In this document: positions 27,207-34,238 of the stretch, piece by piece
Layout: the number at the start of each line of letters is the position of its first letter
How positions within the stretch are numbered: position 1 is the stretch's first letter
Assembly (NCBI GenBank): GCA_042219765.1
Contig: JBDGPI010000089.1
Location: 25,119-59,356, forward strand
From: a bacterium
GTDB lineage: Bacteria; T1Sed10-126; CAZEBV01
Reading direction: 5' to 3'
Length of the DNA: 34,238 nt
Notes under the pieces: model-generated
Told to the model about the DNA's origin: nothing
Database searches by the model: none
The model's input: the letters and a program-made list of their open reading frames with translations, nothing else
Translations under genes and position numbers: made by a program

Positions 27207-27251
27207 CCGTTTAACCACTCTTCCTGGGTTATGACTGAAGAGTTTTAACGG
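27207..27251 (+). other. Intergenic stem-loop directly after the first tlpA-like gene
   Basis: CCGTT(T)AA..ACTCTTC / GAAGAGT..TTAACGG pairing; no clear U-tract. Confidence 0.4.
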
Positions 27252-27304
27252 TACCGTCAACAATTAGTTAAACTCCTGATGACGTAAATCCATTCTAATA
27301 AGGA

Positions 27305-28399
27305 ATGATTTTCGTGTTCGGATGGTCCTCTCTGCTTTCAATCCTGCTCGCGTGGATGCTTTCAGTCGGGCCCGTCAGCAGTAAAACCGTTGATTTTGGT
27401 GAGCTACAACAGGAAAAAAACTCCGGAAGTCTTCCGTCTCTATTAGACAATAAGGAACGTCTCTGGTCGGGCAAGGCCAAACAGCTTCACCTTGAGACAG
27501 GATTGTTCTCCGATGACCTCCTGGTGGTTTCGGCCACATCAAAAAAGCTTTTCGTTTCAACGGGTGGACCCATTGACCTATTATCCGGTTCCATAAGCAA
27601 ACGGTTACCGGGCCGAATTGTCAATCTGGATTTGAAAACGTCGTCCGGTTCAACCGAGGTAGCTCACGTCGCTGTCACTCTCGTCACGGGCAATACCCTG
27701 AAAACTAAAATTTTCGACCTGACCAAAACCAAGAAGGACAATTTAACCCTTACACAGGTGTTTCGGACAAACTGGGCACTTGTCCGTAATGTCGAGGACT
27801 CTTTTTATCGTCAGGAGTTTGATCCCCAATCCGGCTGGGTTGATGAAATCGTAAAGATTGATGTATCCCCATCAAGCGGCCCACTCCAAAGGACCTTGCG
27901 GATCCCAAAAACGTCCCGTCTAGACTCCCTGAGTCATATAGATGACAACCGATGGGTGTTCCTCGAGGGAAACGGTCATTTAGTCCTGGTAGTGGATGGT
28001 GAGCGAACTGCAGTGATCGAGGGCAATTTCGGGCGGTCGTCACGGACTCCGACCGTCGGGAATGGCCGGAGCAAACAATTTGACCCCGACAGGTTTTTGA
28101 GACTCGCACCAGTTTACCTAAAAAAGGATCATTTACTGGCGGTCGTAAATAACCCTTCCCCCGGACGTGGGATCATGAATATTTTTAGAGCCGGTGAGAC
28201 CCATTCCAGTATTGAATTATTCGAACTGTCAAACGATTCACTTAAAAAAATTGGATCCATTGGACCACAGGATGGCCGGGTCCTCGACGTCGATGTATCG
28301 GATGCAAATCCGAATCAATTGCTCTGGATTCAGCAATTGGACGACAAAACCGTAAGCCTGGAGATGATTGATTTCCGCAGTGTTGATACCCCCAGGTAG
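27305..28399 (+). CDS. Secreted hypothetical protein, paralogue 1 (beta-rich, possibly a propeller)
   Basis: Signal-peptide-like N-terminus (start may be GTG 27314); collinear similarity to 28585..29664. Confidence 0.8.
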   Translation: MIFVFGWSSLLSILLAWMLSVGPVSSKTVDFGELQQEKNSGSLPSLLDNKERLWSGKAKQLHLETGLFSDDLLVVSATSKKLFVSTGGPIDLLSGSISKRLPGRIVNLDLKTSSGSTEVAHVAVTLVTGNTLKTKIFDLTKTKKDNLTLTQVFRTNWALVRNVEDSFYRQEFDPQSGWVDEIVKIDVSPSSGPLQRTLRIPKTSRLDSLSHIDDNRWVFLEGNGHLVLVVDGERTAVIEGNFGRSSRTPTVGNGRSKQFDPDRFLRLAPVYLKKDHLLAVVNNPSPGRGIMNIFRAGETHSSIELFELSNDSLKKIGSIGPQDGRVLDVDVSDANPNQLLWIQQLDDKTVSLEMIDFRSVDTPR

Positions 28400-28584
28400 C
28401 ATTTTTTCGTTTCATAAATACTTGTGTCAAACATAAGGCTTTTTATTTAAACGGTCCATTTTCAGTCTCCGACGGTCTCCGTACAAACGGAAGTGTTTAG
28501 ACAGCTGGACTTAAGAACCCTCGCAGGTCTGATAGCCTTTATAAAAGATGTTTTTACTTCCAATCACACACGAGATGAAATTTA

Positions 28585-29664
28585 TTGGATAATCGATTCA
28601 TTGGTTCCCTCACCGGTTTTCTACTTGTTGTAGTCCTCACCTCCACAAGTCTTTACGCTGGCAGTTTCGATCCCGACCCGACAGCCGAACAGTCCAAAAT
28701 TACGGAACAATTCAACAAGAACCGTAAGGAACTCTGGAGGGGACGTACAGCGTCCCTCTATTTTGAAATGGGAACCTTAAATGCTGAATTGCTGTCGGTT
28801 TCAGCCACTCCGAGGCGATTGTACATCAGCACCGGCAAGCCCTATAAACTCCTTCAAGGACAGCTCGTGAAACGATTACCCGGCGGGGTAGTCCACCTCG
28901 ATCTTCACAGTGTGCCCCAGCGATCAAATTTCGCTGCTATTAGTTTGACCTACTTTGCCCGCTCAAAATTCAAGTCAGCTGTCCTATCACTTTACAGGCA
29001 CGTCAATGGAACGCTTGAACTCAACACGCTGTATCAGGGTGACTGGCAACTTGTCCGCCCCCTGGGAAATCAGTTTTACCGACAGACCTACAGCCCTTCC
29101 GGTTCCTGGGAAAATCCATTCGAGAGGCTTACCACGACCCAGTCGAGTTATGAAGTCAATGGCACCCTGAGTATCATGAAGGACGCGTTGTTATCGTCGA
29201 CGACCAAAATCGATGAGAACCTCTGGAGCACCATCACCTCCGGGGGAGAACTGGTGGTCGTTGATCATGGCCGGATTGCTTCACGAATTAACGGTAATTT
29301 CAATGCCTCAGTTCATCGAATCAAGCCCGGATCAAAAGACGATCAATCCAACAAAAGCGATCCTCTTCGCCTTCCAGCGGTGTATTTCGACGACCGGAAC
29401 CAACTGGTTGTGATTCGCAATCCAAAACCGTCGAGTGGTTACTTCAGCTGGCTATTTGGTGAGACCAAGCAGGCCACACTTGAGATGTTTGATTTCAAAA
29501 ATCCCCTCCAACATAAGGCACGAGTTGGCCCACTTCCCGGTAGGATTCTCGACTTTGAATCCAGTCGGAACGACGGATCAAAATTATTCTGGCTCCGTCG
29601 TGAGAACGAAAAAACTGTCATACTTGAGTCCGTGGACCTCTCGCCCGTCTCGAAAGGATCGTAA
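28585..29664 (+). CDS. Secreted hypothetical protein, paralogue 2
   Basis: TTG start, signal peptide ending ..TSLYA; collinear similarity to 27305..28399. Confidence 0.8.
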   Translation: MDNRFIGSLTGFLLVVVLTSTSLYAGSFDPDPTAEQSKITEQFNKNRKELWRGRTASLYFEMGTLNAELLSVSATPRRLYISTGKPYKLLQGQLVKRLPGGVVHLDLHSVPQRSNFAAISLTYFARSKFKSAVLSLYRHVNGTLELNTLYQGDWQLVRPLGNQFYRQTYSPSGSWENPFERLTTTQSSYEVNGTLSIMKDALLSSTTKIDENLWSTITSGGELVVVDHGRIASRINGNFNASVHRIKPGSKDDQSNKSDPLRLPAVYFDDRNQLVVIRNPKPSSGYFSWLFGETKQATLEMFDFKNPLQHKARVGPLPGRILDFESSRNDGSKLFWLRRENEKTVILESVDLSPVSKGS

Positions 29665-29796
29665 TTCAAAAAAATGTATACTCATCACAGGTCTCGGAAA
29701 AAGCGACCAACGACCGGAATTACATCTGTCTGAGATGACAACCGTCGATACTCCCATCGGCCTGCCCCGGACTCCGCTGGTTTTGACCGTTACTCC

Positions 29797-30336
29797 ATGA
29801 AGCAGTACTTTCGTGTCGTAACCGTAATATCAATCTGCGTTCTAATGTTTGGCTGTAGCATGGCCCATCACAAACGCTCCGGATCCCAGCACTCCCTAAT
29901 CGGCAAAAAAGCTCCACTCTTCACTCTTGGCACCATCAACGGAAACACAATCAAGCTATCCGACTACCTCGGACAAAAGTTCATGGTGCTGAATTTTTTC
30001 GGAACCTGGTGCCCACCCTGTCGAGCTGAATTACCGGCCCTTGAAGATCTTTACCGTAACAACCGTCAACAAGTCATTTTGATTGGAATTTCACTCAACG
30101 AGAAAGCAAGCTCCGTCCGGACGTTTATGGACGAAATCGATCTCAACTTTCCCGTGATAATGGATCCCAGCAACAATACAAGTTCAGTATCCACTCGGTA
30201 CAACGTCCCAACTTTACCTACAACGGTTCTGATTAACCCGCGGGGAAAGGTTATTTTCTACAAACCGGGTATGCTTCAGAATTATGATTTTGAACACCTT
30301 AAAACCCTCATAAACAAAGAGTCATTAGCCGGTTAG
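29797..30336 (+). CDS. TlpA/ResA-family thiol-disulfide oxidoreductase, probable lipoprotein
   Basis: Lipobox-like MFG-C20; APLFTL, VLNFFGTWCPPCRAELP, LPTTVLINPRGKV. Confidence 0.9.
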   Translation: MKQYFRVVTVISICVLMFGCSMAHHKRSGSQHSLIGKKAPLFTLGTINGNTIKLSDYLGQKFMVLNFFGTWCPPCRAELPALEDLYRNNRQQVILIGISLNEKASSVRTFMDEIDLNFPVIMDPSNNTSSVSTRYNVPTLPTTVLINPRGKVIFYKPGMLQNYDFEHLKTLINKESLAG

Positions 30337-30599
30337 CAACGGATCTAACTTGTAATGGGTTTCAAAAAGGTCTATGAACGAGGGAGTTACGATGGATATA
30401 GATCAAGTTAAATCCCTTATGGAGGTACTGATGGAGGTTATTACTCCCTGAAGCCATCCTTGAATCCCACTGAGTCATTTACAATACTCAAAGTTCTCAA
30501 AGTAAGCTTGGGGATACCATCGGATCCGTCGATGATTACATTGAATGCCGAAAGATTGACAACATCACCGATGATTTTTAGATCACGGAGTTAAACGCT

Positions 30600-31559
30600 A
30601 TGACCAATCAGCCAGAAGCACACCCTGTAACCGTCCCAAACGGTATTGACGAAGCATCCATCACCCAGCACAGCTTTACGACCAGGGATGACGTTGAACT
30701 TTATTATGAAATTGTGGGTGACGGAGACGCTACAATGGTGCTTGCCAACGGTCTGGGGGCTCGACTCTACTCATGGGGGCCGGTGCTCAGACATTTTAAG
30801 GACGAATTTCAATTTCTCATCTGGGATTACCGGGGACTTTTTGAATCCGGTGCGGAGGGTGAAATTCGTCGCCTCAACATTATGGAACACGCCGAGGACT
30901 TGAATGAATTACTGGAAACTGAAGGTGTGGATTCAGCCGTGGTCACCGGCTGGTCAATGGGTGTTCAGGTTGGGCTGGAATTCGCGTCACTGTATCCCGA
31001 ATCGGTCGAGGGACTGGTGTTGCTTAACGGTAGCTTCGGCCATATTTTTTACTCTGGTTTTCAACCGTTGCTTCCAATTCCCTACATGCACGGATTCCTT
31101 CACAAGCTTGTCGAATGGGCAAGGCAGCGAAAAAATCTTCTGAATAAAATTGGGCAACTCGTCCAGGACAACATGGATACGATAGTAAATCTTCAGCTTG
31201 CCCTCTCCCCCGGTTCCACCAATCGTGACGAAATGCGCCAGGCAATGCGCCAGTACGTTAAGGATATCTTTGGGACGGATCTGAAGAACTACCTTCGTCT
31301 CTTTCAGGAACTCGACGCTCACTCGGTTTACCATAAGTTACCTGAAATTAAGGCCCCCGCACTAGTCTTCAGTGGAGGCCTGGACGTGCTCACACCCACC
31401 TATGATTCAAAGAAAATACACCGACGGCTCCCTAACTCCCGGCACCGGCACCTCTGGTTGGCCAATCACTTCGCCATGCTGGAGTATCCGCAGAAGGTCG
31501 TCGAGCAAATGCGAGACTTCTTCAAGGATCACCAGTTACTCCCTCACAATAACCGATAA
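30600..31559 (+). CDS. Alpha/beta fold hydrolase
   Basis: ANGLG oxyanion region, WDYRGLFES, GWSMG nucleophile elbow, GGLDVLTP (Asp), ANHF (His). Confidence 0.9.
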   Translation: MTNQPEAHPVTVPNGIDEASITQHSFTTRDDVELYYEIVGDGDATMVLANGLGARLYSWGPVLRHFKDEFQFLIWDYRGLFESGAEGEIRRLNIMEHAEDLNELLETEGVDSAVVTGWSMGVQVGLEFASLYPESVEGLVLLNGSFGHIFYSGFQPLLPIPYMHGFLHKLVEWARQRKNLLNKIGQLVQDNMDTIVNLQLALSPGSTNRDEMRQAMRQYVKDIFGTDLKNYLRLFQELDAHSVYHKLPEIKAPALVFSGGLDVLTPTYDSKKIHRRLPNSRHRHLWLANHFAMLEYPQKVVEQMRDFFKDHQLLPHNNR

Positions 31560-31607
31560 TTCGTCCGTAAACCCCACGACTGAATCGTGCGCCGGCCGCA
31601 CTTCCCC

Positions 31608-32390
31608 TTATAAAAGCTTTTTTAAGGACTTAATGTTTTTGAACTTGGAAAAGTTATTAAAAAGACAATAAACTTTCTCGCACTTTTCCTCGAGGTCGTG
31701 CAATCGATCTCGCAGAATCTTTAACTCGGACTGGCTGTAATCGTAATCGTAGTCATAACGATCCTCGTTCAGTCCGTGTAAACGCACGTAAGCCACCGAA
31801 CCGAGGTGAGCCGGCTGACGCCGCATTAAATCCACCGTATGTGCTAAGTTTAGATCCTTGCAGATTGATCCGACGCGATCGGGTTGATCAAGCCATTTCC
31901 CCCGAGATTCCCAGGCAATAAACCGACCGTTTCGGTCAACCTCGGATAGTAGTGCGCGCATCTTGGCCTCATTCTCGTCGGTTGGTTCAAAACTGGCCGG
32001 ACACTGCAGGACAATTACTTCAGCATCCAGTCTCTTTGCACGTTCCATCGTTTCGGACCATGCAGTTTTCACGGTCTGATTCGGTCTCAGGTAGCCGATC
32101 TGCTCCCGCTGGACGTCCGTTAGTTGGTCGTCGTTTCCGCGCCAGGTTGGACTGTCAATTGTATGGGTCAATGCCTGCCAAGCCTTCAGGGTGAAGGTGA
32201 ATTCGGAATTGGCGTTTTCACGCCAACGCCGGCAGGTCTTCGGCTGAGGCAGATCGTAGAAGGTTTTCTGGACTTCCAACAACTCAAAATCGTGCGTGAA
32301 AGCCTGCAGTTTGGATTCGTACTTATCCTTCCACCCCTCCGGTGCATTGTAATAACCGTACCCACAGGCCCCAACTTGAATAGGTGACAA
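31608..32390 (-). CDS. DUF72-domain protein
   Basis: VGACGY, EVQKTFY, FTLKAWQALTH, LQCPASF, WESRG, YVRLHG, VYCLFNN; start taken at TTG 32390 (GGTGAG SD). Confidence 0.88.
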   Translation of the reverse strand: MSPIQVGACGYGYYNAPEGWKDKYESKLQAFTHDFELLEVQKTFYDLPQPKTCRRWRENANSEFTFTLKAWQALTHTIDSPTWRGNDDQLTDVQREQIGYLRPNQTVKTAWSETMERAKRLDAEVIVLQCPASFEPTDENEAKMRALLSEVDRNGRFIAWESRGKWLDQPDRVGSICKDLNLAHTVDLMRRQPAHLGSVAYVRLHGLNEDRYDYDYDYSQSELKILRDRLHDLEEKCEKVYCLFNNFSKFKNIKSLKKLL

Positions 32391-32476
32391 CGGTAACTCA
32401 CCGTTAATGAACTTACCGGGCTTCAACAACACTCAAAAAGTCAACGCTCGGGAGCAATACAAAACAAATAAGACAG

Positions 32477-33760
32477 CTAAATGTTGAAACGAACGAGAAC
32501 GGTTACGCCATCGTCATCAACGAGATCAACGGTACCATTGAGTTCGTATCCGGCCAGTGACTGAATCAAAAAGATCACGGTTGACGACGACGTATCCGGT
32601 GAAAAATCCTCCGGCATACCCCGTCCGTTATCGGAAATCTTTAGTTCCATGGTTTCATTGTCAATGGCTTGCATAACGACTTCGATCCGGTCGTCCGGCG
32701 ATCCGGAGAGGCCGTGCTGAAGTGAGTTACTCACGGCCTCATTAATAATCAGGCCACACGCTATGGCGCTGTCCATCTCCAGTTCGGTATCAACAATATC
32801 CAACTGTAGGTCAAGGTTTCCGTTCGAGCCGTAAATATCGATCAGATGATGTATCAGGTTTCTGACGTATTCGGGTAAATTGACTTTACTCAAATGTTCG
32901 GATTGATAGAGGGTCTCGTGAATAAGAGCCATGGATTTAACACGGTTAATAACTTCCCTGAACTGTTCACGGGCTCCTTTGGATCCACTCTCACGCATCT
33001 GCATGTTGAGTAGACTCGTTATGACCTGGAGATTGTTCTTGACTCGATGGTGTATCTCCTCGATCAACGTTTCCTTCTCGTCGAGTGATCGCTCAAGGCG
33101 GCGAGACTGAATAAAGGACCGTTTGTAAACATTGTGAATCACGTGACCCAGTAAGACTGACACAAGTCCAAAGAAGAAAATTAGTAGAATCGGCGTTCCG
33201 ACGTAAGGATTCGACAAATAACCGGGATGAAATCCAAAGTAAGCAAGCAGCGGAACCACAGCAATTCCCAGGTTGAGCAAGCAGCGTCGAACGAAATTCA
33301 GGTTAAAAAATATTAGACTCGTAAAGGGAAGGCTGTAAGCCGAGTAAAACCATGGTGTATCAAGCCCACCTAATTCTCCCATTGCGTAATAGATTGCGAA
33401 TACGACGATAAGAAGATGGCTTAAAAAAAGTTCGGTCATGTAACGGTCGGTGATCGAGGTTAAAATATCAACGGTAACTAAAAACCCAAAGACGGCAAGT
33501 GCGGTGACACGCCATATTCTGAGAGAGCTAATGATTCTGGGTTGATCCCCGTAGAAAAGGTAATCCGCCGGCCAGGTCAGGATCACCATCGCAATGAAAA
33601 AATGCACAAGTAAACGCATGATCGGCCGACCGACAGTCTGACAGTACTCCCGGAAGTCCTGTTTGTACTCTTCTTCGTAATCGGGGGCAAAATAGGTCCG
33701 ATAGAGCTCCAGGAGACCGAACTGTTCGGCAAACGCCAGGACGTAATTCGTCGAAGTCAC
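32477..33760 (-). CDS. Membrane sensor histidine kinase (HisKA_2 family)
   Basis: About six TM helices; EIHHRVKNNLQVITSLL H-box, MALIHETLY, GLIINEAVSNSLQHG N-box, DNGRG G1-box. Confidence 0.92.
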   Translation of the reverse strand: MTSTNYVLAFAEQFGLLELYRTYFAPDYEEEYKQDFREYCQTVGRPIMRLLVHFFIAMVILTWPADYLFYGDQPRIISSLRIWRVTALAVFGFLVTVDILTSITDRYMTELFLSHLLIVVFAIYYAMGELGGLDTPWFYSAYSLPFTSLIFFNLNFVRRCLLNLGIAVVPLLAYFGFHPGYLSNPYVGTPILLIFFFGLVSVLLGHVIHNVYKRSFIQSRRLERSLDEKETLIEEIHHRVKNNLQVITSLLNMQMRESGSKGAREQFREVINRVKSMALIHETLYQSEHLSKVNLPEYVRNLIHHLIDIYGSNGNLDLQLDIVDTELEMDSAIACGLIINEAVSNSLQHGLSGSPDDRIEVVMQAIDNETMELKISDNGRGMPEDFSPDTSSSTVIFLIQSLAGYELNGTVDLVDDDGVTVLVRFNI

Positions 33761-33963
33761 GAACCTCAGTTTAAAAAACTCCCGTATGCACTACTTAAAC
33801 TTCATCGTGCTTCACCGTTCACCTATTGTCCACGGAATTAGTACCGGTGAAAGTTGGTAATTGTTTTCGACGGAATGAAAGAACACCCCACGCATAGCGG
33901 TTTGCTCCAGAAGGATCGATGGGATCATTTCAAGGATAGGTTTCAAATATGGAACCGTCACCG

Positions 33964-34238
33964 TCATTGGTCATGACGATCAAGAAAAGTTCCCAGCAGA
34001 CAGCCAGCGGTTCCCAGTAGAAATCCCGGTACGATCTCGTAGAGTTCAAAGAGGTGACCGGATCCAAAATCCCACAATAACACCGTTATTCCTCCGGTGA
34101 TCATTCCAAGCAGGGCCCCACCCCTGTTCATTCTTTCCCAGTAAAGCGATAAAAGGATGACCGGTCCGAAGGCGGAACCAAATCCGGCCCAGGCATAAGC
34201 CACGAGGTTGAGAACCATGCTATTGGGATCGAGCGCTA
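33964..34238 (-). CDS. putP: Sodium/proline symporter, C-terminal fragment (gene runs off the window)
   Basis: [27 protein letters not shown]...[17 protein letters not shown]; frame open to the window edge. Confidence 0.88.
   Translation of the reverse strand, partial: ALDPNSMVLNLVAYAWAGFGSAFGPVILLSLYWERMNRGGALLGMITGGITVLLWDFGSGHLFELYEIVPGFLLGTAGCLLGTFLDRHDQ

Noticed and set aside
1-34238. Genome-wide UGA reassignment (code 4 or 25)
   Set aside because: nuoF, nuoE, hemE, trxA and lpxK end at TGA at their expected lengths, and no other gene is interrupted by TGA.
1-34238. CRISPR arrays, tRNA/rRNA genes, IS elements, prophage or defence genes
   Set aside because: No periodic repeats, cloverleaf signatures, transposase/integrase motifs or terminal inverted repeats were seen by eye.

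Overview
Chromosomal window from a Gram-negative (LPS-making) bacterium whose cytoplasmic proteins are strongly acidic, suggesting a salt-in halophile. From left to right: nuoABCDEF (minus strand) with a perfect Rex operator in front of nuoA; divergent hemE, which probably starts at CTG; two poorly characterised genes; a minus-strand lipid A/Kdo/inner-core cluster (GnnA-like oxidoreductase, lpxB, DUF374-type acyltransferase running in frame into lpxK, waaA, a Kdo-kinase-like/heptosyltransferase fusion, GT2, LAB_N protein, lpxL-type acyltransferase); an AsmA-like protein; trxA-birA-coaX-groES with no groEL, followed by a candidate sRNA; an extracytoplasmic redox locus; then an alpha/beta hydrolase, DUF72, a HisKA_2 kinase and the 3' end of putP. 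The strongest hidden feature is an OsmC/Ohr-family gene at 25747..26214. The ORF track cuts it at an in-frame TGA that sits at the catalytic Cys position and is followed by a SECIS-like hairpin, so it is a probable selenoprotein. It lies in a cluster with a SOD-like protein, DUF547, two TlpA-type thioredoxins and two tandem paralogues of unknown function. No rRNA, tRNA, CRISPR array or mobile element was recognised. All family assignments come from motif recognition by eye, not from database searches.
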